A stretch of 64,000 nt of DNA, from contig JAQIBV010000039.1 in NCBI GenBank assembly GCA_027858855.1, positions 18,544-82,543 on the forward strand, in the 5' to 3' direction. This document shows positions 17,990-27,600 of this stretch, one piece after another. The stretch's first letter is position 1; each line of letters begins with the position of its first letter. The translations under genes and the position numbers were made by a program. Source of the DNA: Spirochaetota bacterium. GTDB lineage: Bacteria; Spirochaetota; UBA4802; JAFGJZ01. The notes below the pieces were generated by a model. The model was not told where the DNA came from, did not search any database, and saw nothing but the letters and a program-made list of their open reading frames with translations.

Positions 17990-19666
17990 ATGCAGGATAT
18001 AAAAGAACAGATAGCTTCTTCACAGCAACTTTCACAGCTAATTACATCGACAGCCTCTGATGTTAATAAAAAATCTCTTGAACGGAAAAAAATTACTGCA
18101 GTAAGCCGTACAGTTCTTGAACAGCTTATTAACCGTAATGATACAATGATTGCAAATTTTGAAACCGTTTTAACTAACCTTCAGGATTCTCAGCGTGCTA
18201 TTTCAAGTAATAGTGATAGTATTATCAGCAATAAAGATATTTTATCATCCATTATCGAACGGCTTGTTACAGTAGGTGGCGAATTAGCTCAGATGGAACA
18301 AGAAATCGAAAAGCTAACAGAAATAGTAGACGAAATTAAAGGTGATACCAATAAGATTTTCTCGCTTGCTCTTAATGCATCCATTGTCTCGAGTAAGTAT
18401 TCGAATACTTCCGGTGTTTTTGATATTCTCGCCAATAAACTTAATGAGATGTCAAACTTCATTAATCAAAACCTGGAAATTATAGTGAGTGTTGTACGTC
18501 CAATTACTGAAGGTGTGCAAAAACTGATAAAAGCCAACGAGAGTGTACTGCACGAGATTGGTGAGGGTACAAAAAGTCTTGATGAGCTGAACTCTGTTCT
18601 TGGTAAACAGGTCGAATCTATCAAAGAGCTTTTTGACCGTGCTGATATCTCAGGTAAAGAGATAAAAGAACAGAAACAGATGCTGAATGATGTTAATCAG
18701 ATGATAATTCAAATGGATAGTGATGCCCAGCAGTCTATTCAGGGGTCATCTAATGTTACTGATCTTGCAAAAAATCTTCAGGAAGAGGTAACCCACTTTC
18801 TGTCAATTCATAATTACAACGATGATTTCATAGATAGGGTAAACATAACAAAAGAGAAGGCTCAACATATCTGGCAGAACGCCGAAAATGTTAACCTGAA
18901 ATCAAAGAATCAACTACAGTTCTCTAAAAACTGTGAAGAGTTCAACGAAAAGATTATTAAAGAGTCTATACAGCTGCAGGAAACAGCAGAGATTATGAAT
19001 AAGCAGACCGGAGAAAACAGCAAGGTATCTGAGGATATTTCGGCAAATCTTACCCGGCTTACCCGTCAAATCGGGGACATAGAAACAAATATGAATGATT
19101 CGGGACGGACAATACAGAAATTTAACGATGACTATAAGCAGATTGACAACATTCTTGAGTTCTTAAAAAATATTCTTAAATCGATGCATCTAATAGGTAT
19201 GTATTCACGCATTGAATCGGCTCGCGATACCGAAGAGTTTGCCGGTTTCATGAATATCTCTTCCAACATTACCAATTTACAAAAAGAGATTCAAAATAAT
19301 ATACCTGTTATTGAGAAGAATATTAACGATACTCACCAGCTTATAGACTCAGTTAACTCGGCTTTTAAACATATTTCTGCCGACTTCGATATTATTTCTG
19401 GCAGTTCGAATCAAATTATTGCTCAACTTGAGGATATTGTAACAACTAACCGCAAAACTGAGACAACAAGTTCCTCAATGCTGGAAAATTCGACACAGAT
19501 CATTACTCTTTTGAATTCTCTTGACAACCACTTAAGCGAGCTTTCGACCGTAGTCGAATTTCCTATTGAAGGTTCATCCAAAAATGTTGAGCGTGGAAAA
19601 CAGATAGAGGATATTTTTAATGAAATTATTAAACAGGTGCAGATGATGGAAACGCCGGGTGTTTAG
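17990..19666 (+). CDS. Soluble coiled-coil protein with two degenerate methyl-accepting-chemotaxis-protein signalling-domain motifs
   Basis: LALNASIVSSKYSNTSGVFDILANKLNEMS and RIESARDTEEFAGFMNISSNITNLQKEI both align to the MCP core [31 protein letters not shown]. No TM segments; Q/E/N-rich heptad-like sequence. Confidence 0.45.
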   Translation: MQDIKEQIASSQQLSQLITSTASDVNKKSLERKKITAVSRTVLEQLINRNDTMIANFETVLTNLQDSQRAISSNSDSIISNKDILSSIIERLVTVGGELAQMEQEIEKLTEIVDEIKGDTNKIFSLALNASIVSSKYSNTSGVFDILANKLNEMSNFINQNLEIIVSVVRPITEGVQKLIKANESVLHEIGEGTKSLDELNSVLGKQVESIKELFDRADISGKEIKEQKQMLNDVNQMIIQMDSDAQQSIQGSSNVTDLAKNLQEEVTHFLSIHNYNDDFIDRVNITKEKAQHIWQNAENVNLKSKNQLQFSKNCEEFNEKIIKESIQLQETAEIMNKQTGENSKVSEDISANLTRLTRQIGDIETNMNDSGRTIQKFNDDYKQIDNILEFLKNILKSMHLIGMYSRIESARDTEEFAGFMNISSNITNLQKEIQNNIPVIEKNINDTHQLIDSVNSAFKHISADFDIISGSSNQIIAQLEDIVTTNRKTETTSSSMLENSTQIITLLNSLDNHLSELSTVVEFPIEGSSKNVERGKQIEDIFNEIIKQVQMMETPGV

Positions 19667-19685
19667 CACCTGGTGTTTAACAGGT

Positions 19686-20309
19686 CTACTCCATGTTTTT
19701 CATTTTTAATAATGATAGAACAGTTGTCATCATTGAATTTGTATCATATTCAATAGGATCCAGAGTCTGAATTATTCCTGTTGAAAGAAGAATTACCTGA
19801 ATTGTACGGCTTACTTGTCTAATTTTGGTTATATCAGTAGCCATTTCGGGAGAGAGCTCTTTCATTAAATTTTCAAATAACTGCAAGTGATGACGTAAAA
19901 ACGATTTGACCAGTTTCTTAATTTTTTTATCTTCAAAACTGTAAATAATTATGTTCATCAGAATAATGACATTATCCTGATTCATAAGGAATTTTTCAAT
20001 TGAATACATAGTTGAAAGAAGAGCCTTGTCACTCATTTTTGTCGCAACCTTCAGAACGTTTATCTGCTCTTCTTCGATAGAGTTAAAGAAATCCTCAATC
20101 AATTCCATGAAGAGACTCTCTTTTGTTGGGAAGTAGTGGCGCACTCCACCTTTTGACATACCAGCCTCATCGGCAACATCGTTGAGTGAAATCTGAGAAT
20201 AGACATCTTTCAAAAGACATCGCTTAAGAGCATCCAGTATTTCTGCTTTTTTTTGTTCAACTTTCTCTGTTTTTTCCATTTGTTTATTTCCCACAAAAAG
20301 TAAAGTCAT
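19686..20309 (-). CDS. TetR/AcrR-family transcriptional regulator
   Basis: N-terminal HTH LNDVADEAGMSKGGVRHYFPTKESLFMELIE. Confidence 0.8.
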   Translation of the reverse strand: MTLLFVGNKQMEKTEKVEQKKAEILDALKRCLLKDVYSQISLNDVADEAGMSKGGVRHYFPTKESLFMELIEDFFNSIEEEQINVLKVATKMSDKALLSTMYSIEKFLMNQDNVIILMNIIIYSFEDKKIKKLVKSFLRHHLQLFENLMKELSPEMATDITKIRQVSRTIQVILLSTGIIQTLDPIEYDTNSMMTTVLSLLKMKNME

Positions 20310-20371
20310 GCTACAATCTGCTCACCTTAATTAGCTTACATAAAAAAGTAAAGGGTATTTCAAAAATTTTT

Positions 20372-21631
20372 TTATTCTGTTTTCACACAGGGCAAGTCAC
20401 TCCATCGTGTTGTGTAAGCCGGTGATAAAAATTGTCGTTTCATTTGCCAGCTTTGTGTTAATCCCTCGGAAGCAAGAACAACAGTTTTTGATCCGTAACG
20501 GATGTTAAGAGAATCCATAACACTCATCAAGCGGGAATCCCGTTCTATATGATCATTCTGAGAAAAAAGTGAATACTGCTGTTCATCTTTTGGTGTTAAT
20601 CCGTGAAGCATTATGCCTGTTTTTTTATATTGATATCCTTCCTTGAAAAGAGTATGAAGCAATCGTGTTGCTTCTTTAGTAATAATAGGGCTTGAGTCGG
20701 TTGGATAATTAAGAGTAACAGTTGCCGAGTTTGAATAGTGCGGTTCATCTTTAAATAAGTTGGTAGCAATGTATACGGTAAGCGATGAACATAGTAAATT
20801 CATTGAACGTAAACGTGTGGCGGCACGGCAACCGTATTCGTGCACAGATTCACTTAATAATGCAAGCTTCGATACCGGGGTACCGAAAGAACGCGACGAG
20901 ACGATAGAACGGCGGTTAGGTGGGTACTTTTCCATCTTTATACAGGGAGTACCATTCAGCTCAAGTAGCGTGCGTAACCCTGTAACGGCCATCCGTTTAC
21001 GCACCCAGCTTTCGGGCATGTCAATAAATTCAGCTGTTGTGTTTATGCCGTGATGTGCAAGCAGCCGAGCATGTTGGACTCCTATTCCCCAGACCTGGCT
21101 TACGGGCACCATCTGTAAAATTTTTTTTCGATTAAAATCTGTAATACAGCAGCAACCATTTTTAACATTTTTTTTCGCATAAGCATTAGCAGCCTTAGCC
21201 AGCGTTTTTGTTGTACCCGCGCCAATTGACATTGGGATGCCAGTGCAACGTAAAATAGTTTCACGAATCTCTTCAGCAAGACTAAGAGCACTTTTTTCAG
21301 AAAGAGATTCCGTTGCAAGAAAGGCTTCATCGATTGAGTAGACTTCACATTCTTCGCTGAATGTGGCAAGCAGATCCATTACCCTTCGTGACATATCACC
21401 GTAGAGTGTATAGTTTGACGAGAGGTAGATTCCGTTATGGCGGTCAAGAAAGCTCCGCCACTTAAACAGGGGAGCTCCCCTGGGAATACCCAATGCCTTC
21501 GCTTCATTCGAAAGGGCTACGGCACATCCGTCGTTGTTCGAAAGAATTATAACGGGGCGTCCCCTCAGTCGCGGGTTAAATACCCGCTCGCACGAGACGT
21601 AAAAATTATTGCAGTCGGCAAGAAAATACAT
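20372..21631 (-). CDS. umuC: Y-family translesion DNA polymerase UmuC (start moved to the ATG giving MYFLADCNNFYVSCE)
   Basis: N-terminus matches the UmuC/DinB MFALCDVNNFYASCE pattern; SNNDGCAVALSNEAKALGI palm-domain motif; ATG overlaps the umuD TGA (TGATG). Confidence 0.8.
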   Translation of the reverse strand: MYFLADCNNFYVSCERVFNPRLRGRPVIILSNNDGCAVALSNEAKALGIPRGAPLFKWRSFLDRHNGIYLSSNYTLYGDMSRRVMDLLATFSEECEVYSIDEAFLATESLSEKSALSLAEEIRETILRCTGIPMSIGAGTTKTLAKAANAYAKKNVKNGCCCITDFNRKKILQMVPVSQVWGIGVQHARLLAHHGINTTAEFIDMPESWVRKRMAVTGLRTLLELNGTPCIKMEKYPPNRRSIVSSRSFGTPVSKLALLSESVHEYGCRAATRLRSMNLLCSSLTVYIATNLFKDEPHYSNSATVTLNYPTDSSPIITKEATRLLHTLFKEGYQYKKTGIMLHGLTPKDEQQYSLFSQNDHIERDSRLMSVMDSLNIRYGSKTVVLASEGLTQSWQMKRQFLSPAYTTRWSDLPCVKTE

Positions 21632-22062
21632 CAGAATGCCTGATGAATGATGTGGGTTACAACACCCCAAACTTCGAATTCGGCTTCTGGCTCAATAGAG
21701 ATATCATCATATTGTGGACTCTCGGCTCGCAGAAGGGCTCCGTTTTCCTTTACCAGCAGCCGCTTGACTGTCAGTTCCCCATCAATGACTGCGATAACAA
21801 TTTTCCCAGAGAGCGGTGTCAGTGATCGGTCTACGATCAGTATGTCGCCGGGATGAATTGCAGCATCCTTCATGGAATTTCCAGCTACGCGAACGAAGAA
21901 TGTGGACGCCGGATTTTTCACAAGATGCCGATTAAGATCAAGCGTGCTTTCGATATAATCTTCGGCTGGAGAGGGAAAACCGGCCTGTACCGAAGAACCG
22001 AAAAGTGGCCTTGAGCCCTGTGGCGCGGTTTCATCGGGGCGATTGAAAGTTAAGTTACTCAT
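21631..22062 (-). CDS. umuD: UmuD-like S24 peptidase (LexA-type autoprotease domain without DNA-binding HTH)
   Basis: 143 aa. Putative Ala-Gly cleavage site (SVQAGFPSP); catalytic Ser (AGNSM) and Lys (TVKRLL) context. GGAG RBS. Confidence 0.7.
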   Translation of the reverse strand: MSNLTFNRPDETAPQGSRPLFGSSVQAGFPSPAEDYIESTLDLNRHLVKNPASTFFVRVAGNSMKDAAIHPGDILIVDRSLTPLSGKIVIAVIDGELTVKRLLVKENGALLRAESPQYDDISIEPEAEFEVWGVVTHIIHQAF

Positions 22063-22166
22063 TGCTGCTCCTTCTTGTAATTAGTCTCAGGGTTTTGGAA
22101 AACAGCTTAACAAGTGTATAGTTATTTAGCAAGAACAAATTATGCCTTTTATCTCAGGCAAATTGG

Positions 22167-22197
22167 TTGACACACAATTTGTTACGGTAATTATAAT
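22167..22197 (+). promoter_or_regulatory. Candidate promoter TTGACA-N17/19-ATTATA/TATAAT upstream of the polyprenyl synthase gene (region is shared with the divergent umuDC promoter)
   Basis: Consensus -35 at 22167-22172; TATAAT at 22192-22197. Confidence 0.4.
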
Positions 22198-22250
22198 GAT
22201 TCAATACCATCCAAACTATCGGCTGGATAATAAAATATCAGTGAAAACGA

Positions 22251-23315
22251 ATGACCAACTATAAACAGACAGAGGCTCGTTATATCAAATCGGTCGACTC
22301 TGCAATTGAGCGATTCTTTGAATTCCGTAAAAAAGAGACTCAATTTACAGAGATTACCCGCAGTTACGAATTGATGCAGGAGTTCTGCCTTCGCCCGGGT
22401 AAAAGAGTACGCCCGGTTTTGATGTTACTTGCCTGTGAAGGATACAATTCGCAGATCGCCACCGAATCAGTGATAGAGTGCGCCGCTCTTATTGAGATTA
22501 TGCACTCGTTTTTACTTATTCATGATGATATTGTAGATAATGCAGATTTTCGTCGGGGAGCTCCCTCTTTGCACCGAATGTTTCCGGGAAATACTCGTGC
22601 AGGTGAGGCGCTGGCTCTTGTATCGGCGGATATGCTCATCTTTGATGTACTCTCGCACATAATGCAGTCTGATCTTGATGATGCAATACGAAAGCTGTTT
22701 TTAGCATGTTTTTCCCGTTGCTACCACTCGACCTGTGTAGGGCAAATTCTGGACCTGAAGGCTTCAGGGGGAGGGCTTGATGATACGGCTGCTCCCTATC
22801 GGGTTGCACACTACAAAACCGCATTTTATACCTTTGTCTATCCGGTTCTGTTTGGATCAATTCTTTCAGGAGAAAATGATTTAAATCAGCACAGGTTGAT
22901 TGAAGAGCTTTTTGTCGAACCCGGGATAGCATTTCAGATTCGTGATGACTACATTGGTATTTTTTCTTCAGAGGATGATTCGGGAAAAAGTGCCGCAGTC
23001 GATCTGCATGAATGCAAGGTAACAACAATTATTGCCGATGCGGCCGCATTGATGAAAGAATCTGAAAAAAATGAATTTGCGGATCTTTTTTTTAAGATGG
23101 AAAAAACTGAATCGGATATTATACTTTTACGAAAATTGATTACAAAAACAGGTATTCTTCAAAAAATAGACAAAAGGCTGACGAATACGGCTTCCAATTT
23201 TAAAAATGGGATAGAAGCCTTAGATGTTAGCGAAGAGTACAAAGGCTATTTCCTTCAGATAGTTAAACAGGTATGCATGCTACCCCTAAAAATCTCAGGA
23301 GAGATCAATGAATAA
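22251..23315 (+). CDS. Polyprenyl (isoprenyl) diphosphate synthase
   Basis: First Asp-rich motif LLIHDDIVDNADFRRG; second motif FQIRDDYIGIF. Confidence 0.8.
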   Translation: MTNYKQTEARYIKSVDSAIERFFEFRKKETQFTEITRSYELMQEFCLRPGKRVRPVLMLLACEGYNSQIATESVIECAALIEIMHSFLLIHDDIVDNADFRRGAPSLHRMFPGNTRAGEALALVSADMLIFDVLSHIMQSDLDDAIRKLFLACFSRCYHSTCVGQILDLKASGGGLDDTAAPYRVAHYKTAFYTFVYPVLFGSILSGENDLNQHRLIEELFVEPGIAFQIRDDYIGIFSSEDDSGKSAAVDLHECKVTTIIADAAALMKESEKNEFADLFFKMEKTESDIILLRKLITKTGILQKIDKRLTNTASNFKNGIEALDVSEEYKGYFLQIVKQVCMLPLKISGEINE

Positions 23316-24201
23316 TGAAAATAGATACTTTATAAAGGAACTTGCTTCAACTCTTGCAACACATGAGGTATTGAGCTCGCTTTACCATCAGGATGTTCAC
23401 TCGACACCCATGCCGTCAGTTGAAAAGTTGAAGCTGATAGTTTCCAAATTAAGGGCTGTTCTTTTTCCCGGATACTTTGGTTTAGCCTCAATGCGTAGCG
23501 GTTCTGTTGAGTTTTATATCGGATCCCTGGTAGATGAGCTCTATGAACTCTTATCTATCCAGATTCAACGTGGTTTCTGTTTTATTTGCAATGAACGTAA
23601 TGAGCAGTGCCGGGTATGTGATGATAAGTCGGCGGATATATGCCGTGAATTCTTACAAAAATTACCAGCCATACGTCACCTTCTTGCCACAGATGCCATG
23701 GCCGGATATGAGGGTGACCCGGCATCTTTCAGTGTCGGAGAGATTATTTTCAGTTATCCGAGCATAAAGGCCTTAACGAATTATCGAATCGCTCATGAAC
23801 TGATAAAACTGGATGTTCCTCTAATTCCACGGATTATTTCAGAGCTGGCGCACTCAGAAACCGGAATTGACATTCATCCCGGTGCGGTAATTGGTGAGAG
23901 CTGCTTTATCGATCATGGAACAGGAGTCGTTATCGGTGAGACCTGCCGTATTGGAAAGAATGTGCGAATCTATCAGGGGGTTACACTAGGAGCGAAGAGT
24001 TTTCCTTTGGACGAAAATGGTAATCCTATTAAGGGAATCGACCGTCATCCTAAAGTTGGAAACGACGTAATAATCTATGCTGGGGCAACAATTCTTGGTA
24101 CAGTAATGATTGGTGATGCTGCCGAGATCGGTGGAAACGTCTGGATTACGCGCGATGTGCCTGCGGGTAGCAAGGTGAGGGCTCAATCTTTTGAGAAGTA
24201 G
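23308..24201 (+). CDS. cysE: Serine O-acetyltransferase (left-handed beta-helix hexapeptide acyltransferase)
   Basis: SATase N-domain plus hexapeptide repeats (GIDIHPGAVIGESCFIDHGTGVVIGETCRIGKNVRIYQGVTLG). Confidence 0.75.
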   Translation: MNNENRYFIKELASTLATHEVLSSLYHQDVHSTPMPSVEKLKLIVSKLRAVLFPGYFGLASMRSGSVEFYIGSLVDELYELLSIQIQRGFCFICNERNEQCRVCDDKSADICREFLQKLPAIRHLLATDAMAGYEGDPASFSVGEIIFSYPSIKALTNYRIAHELIKLDVPLIPRIISELAHSETGIDIHPGAVIGESCFIDHGTGVVIGETCRIGKNVRIYQGVTLGAKSFPLDENGNPIKGIDRHPKVGNDVIIYAGATILGTVMIGDAAEIGGNVWITRDVPAGSKVRAQSFEK

Positions 24202-24268
24202 TGATAACGGCTTCCGTTCGAGCTAACAGGAACGAAAACCGTTTCAAAACCGGATCTGTCAGAAAATT

Positions 24269-24418
24269 TTACAGAATTTCCGACTTCTCGAGCTCACTAA
24301 TTCCCTTTCTAAGAACATTGTACTGCTCTGTACCCTTCTCAAAGCTGTCAAGATATCTCTGAAAATATGAAATCTGCTCTTTTTTCCAGCTGTGCATATC
24401 GTGTTTTGAATGAATCAT
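24269..24418 (-). CDS. Small ORF (49 aa, MIHSKHDMHSWKKEQISYFQRYLDSF...), hypothetical
   Basis: Hand-translated; shorter than the ORF-track threshold; no obvious RBS; lies in the cysE-recC intergenic region. Confidence 0.15.
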   Translation of the reverse strand: MIHSKHDMHSWKKEQISYFQRYLDSFEKGTEQYNVLRKGISELEKSEIL

Positions 24419-24530
24419 TTACGGATGCCTCCTTTTGTTGTAGTCTCTTAATCTAATTGTCGGCAGATGCTCCAGTGTATGTACATATATTTTGGTATCC
24501 TCTGTAAATTAACTGTGGTATAACTGCAAT

Positions 24531-24566
24531 ACCATGCATGGTATGCATACCATGCATATAATGCAT
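24531..24566. promoter_or_regulatory. Array of four ATGCAT hexamers at exact 9-bp phase (24534, 24543, 24552, 24561) forming overlapping palindromes ACCATGCATGGT / GGTATGCATACC, overlapping a perfect TATAAT (24557-24562) about 100 nt upstream of recC
   Basis: Read directly from the sequence. Confidence 0.5.
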
Positions 24567-24663
24567 TTTCTGTTGTTGCTTCTAACAAAAGGATTTGACT
24601 ATTGTACACTGCTACTGGTAAACAAGACTTGAATGGTAATTAAAGCCTGAACTAGGAGCCTGC

Positions 24664-27600
24664 ATGCCACTTTATCTGTACCAGAGTAACCGCATCGAGA
24701 ATATAATCCCGCCATTGGCAGAAGCGTTACAAAGTCACTCTTCTGATGAAAATCTATTGGCAACCGATTACTGTCTGGTTCAGAGTATAGGTATGGGGCG
24801 CTACTTCGCCCTCGAGTTGGCAGGTTGTTCATCAATATTTGCCAACTATCGTATGGTTTACCCAAATGCTTTTTTGCAACTGCTGGCTTCGCATCATGGT
24901 ATTCGTGACCAGGTAGCTACCAAAGAGCAGATTGGCTGGAAAATATTCTCACTCATGAAATCGGGCTCTGTTAGCCATCCAGCACTCGAACACTACTGTG
25001 ATGGTTCGGATGATCTGAAACTTTTTACCTCTGCATATGCACTAGCCGATATCTTTGATCAATACGCGATGTATAGACCGACTATGGTTCAAGCCTGGGA
25101 CGAGGGACATGCCATTAAAATTGATAAAGGACAAACCGGTTCTCTTGATGTACAGGATGAGTGGCAATACATCTTATGGCGTCAGATATTCGATGGTACA
25201 ATGAATCATAAAGCCTCTTTTCAGAAGGAGGTAATTGCTTCAATTTCAAGCATTAGTGATCTTCCCTTTAAACGGCTTTTTATTCTCGGGGTATCTACGA
25301 TTCCTCTATTCTTTCTTGAAGTTATACATCATATATCACAATTCTGTAATATTCATGTAGGACTATTGGCTCCCTCTGGTGACTATTGGGAGGATATTGT
25401 AAACAAGAAGTACCGTTTTTTTACAGCACTGAATCAGCAGGCTTCTGTTGATATTTCGGACTATTTTTTTACCGGCAATACAATTTTAGGGTCTAACGGA
25501 ATGCTGGGGCGTGACTTCAATCAAATTTTATCTGATTATTTCGGAGATGAACTTGGAATTGACAGGGGAGATTTTTTCGAAGATGAACCTGATACAATAC
25601 TGGGTAACATACAACGCGATATCCGTGAGCTTAATGACCGTGGAATTTTTGGAGACAAAGAGGGTGCTAAATTTATTCGTCATGAGAGTGATCGTTCCCT
25701 TCAGATACATGGCGTGCACTCGAAGCGGCGAGAACTTGAAATTCTGCATGATACTCTGCTGGATATACTTAACAACGACAGTTCAGTAGAGCTTCGTGAT
25801 ATTCTGGTTATGACTCCGGCCATCAATGACTATGCGCCCTACATACAGGCCGTCTTTAATGAGTTCCGGGGCAGTGAATCGTTTCTTGACTTTTCAATTG
25901 CCGACCTTTCCCTTGCGACAGATAGCGAAACCGTACCCGCTTTTTTAAAGATAATCGCTCTTTATCGCACCCGTTTTACATGCAGTCAGATTGTCTCACT
26001 TCTGCGCTACCGTCCGCTTACAGAAAAAGCTGGTATTCCTGAAGATGAAATAGAGCGTGTTGGATTCTGGTTGCACGAGGCTTCATTTTGCTGGGGGCGT
26101 AATGCTGAAGATAGAAAAAAACTGTTGAATGTCAGTTATGATGAATACTCCTTGTCATTCGCACTTACTCGGCTTCTTCACGGTTATCTTTTCCCTCGTA
26201 ATTACGATCAAACCTTCGAAGACGTTTTCCCTTCCGGTGATTTCGAGGGAGAGCAGGCTATTTTAATGGGAAAGCTGATAGCGTTTGTTTCGCGTATCGA
26301 GCAGTTTACCCACAGTTGCGAAGAGCTACGCAGCTGTTCCGGTTGGGAGTCCCTTCTGCATGATCTGGTTCACGACCTCTTTTCAGATAATGACAATTAT
26401 GCAGAATCGCGTGAAATGCTTTTCTCGTCAATATCACGTTGTACATCCGCTTCTGATTCTATCTGTTCGGATGAGGTTCCATTTGAGATTATAGCACATC
26501 TTTTAGATACTCAATTAACTACAGAGAGCCGGGCTTTCGGTTTCATCGATGGACGCATCACTTTCTGTGAAATGTTGCCGATGCGGTCGATTCCCTTTAA
26601 GGTGATTGCAATTATCGGTTTTAATGAAAGCGACTTTCCTCGTGCGGCAATGAGAAACAGCTATGACCTGATTCATCGGTATCCACGAACAGGTGATCGT
26701 TCAACAAGATATGATGATCGATATCTTTTTCTTGAGACACTTCTTTCGGCTCGAAAGTTTTTATACTTCAGCTTTCAAGCCTATAAGGAGAGCGACAATA
26801 GTCGACTGTTTCCTTCACCATTGATTTCAGAATTACTACATTATCTTGAAGAAAACTGTGAAAATTTCAACGCCGCCGAATTTATTCTGTATCATAAGTT
26901 GCAGCCATTTTCTGCAGATTATGTAGCGACACGTAAAACGAATAGTAGTGAAAAAGATTCATCTGATTATTTTACCTACGACAAACGTCAGCCTCATAGG
27001 GCCCAGATCTATTATAAAAGTAAAAAAAATAAATCTGTATTTATATCAGATTCTATTACTTCAGAACCGGAATCTGCATCATTTCACCTTACACTCACAT
27101 CCTTAAAACGATTTTTCCAAAACAGTTCCCGCTTTTTTATGCAGCAACGTCTTGGTATCAGGTTTACCATCAGCTCTGATGAATATGAAAACAGTGAGCC
27201 ATATCAGATGTCAAAAGGAACCAGACGTTCATTGATCTTAACAATGGTTGAAGAGATTATTTCTGATAAAAAAATCAAGTCTGATAAAAAAACACTTCGC
27301 ATGAATGCTATTTTGCCACTTTTCGCTCCGGGAGATGCTGAGTATAGTTCTATAACAGCAGAGGCACACGATCTTTATGACCGGCTTTCATCTGAAACCA
27401 ATGTCACCACCTTTTCAAATTGTGATGCTAGGTTCAGCACTGACGGAAAAGAATCAACAGATACAACTCGATCGGTTCTGGTTACAGGCATATTTGATTT
27501 AGTAAACAGTGATGGACACTTTGTTCTCTTTCCATCGCCAAGAAAGCAGGCTGATCGTGAAATTGCTGGTTGGTGGCTGGAACATCTGCTCTTTCAATTT

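Noticed and set aside
22063-22250. LexA box upstream of umuDC
   Set aside because: I found only weak inverted repeats (GTTTTggAAAAC; AACAAGTGTATAGTT). None matches the CTGT-N8-ACAG, GAAC-N4-GTTC or TTTG-N5-CAAA consensuses, so I am not calling a site.
24599-24865. 88-aa minus-strand ORF overlapping the recC start
   Set aside because: It overlaps the recC coding sequence and RBS. RecC has unmistakable family features and a good SD, so the antisense ORF is unlikely to be real.
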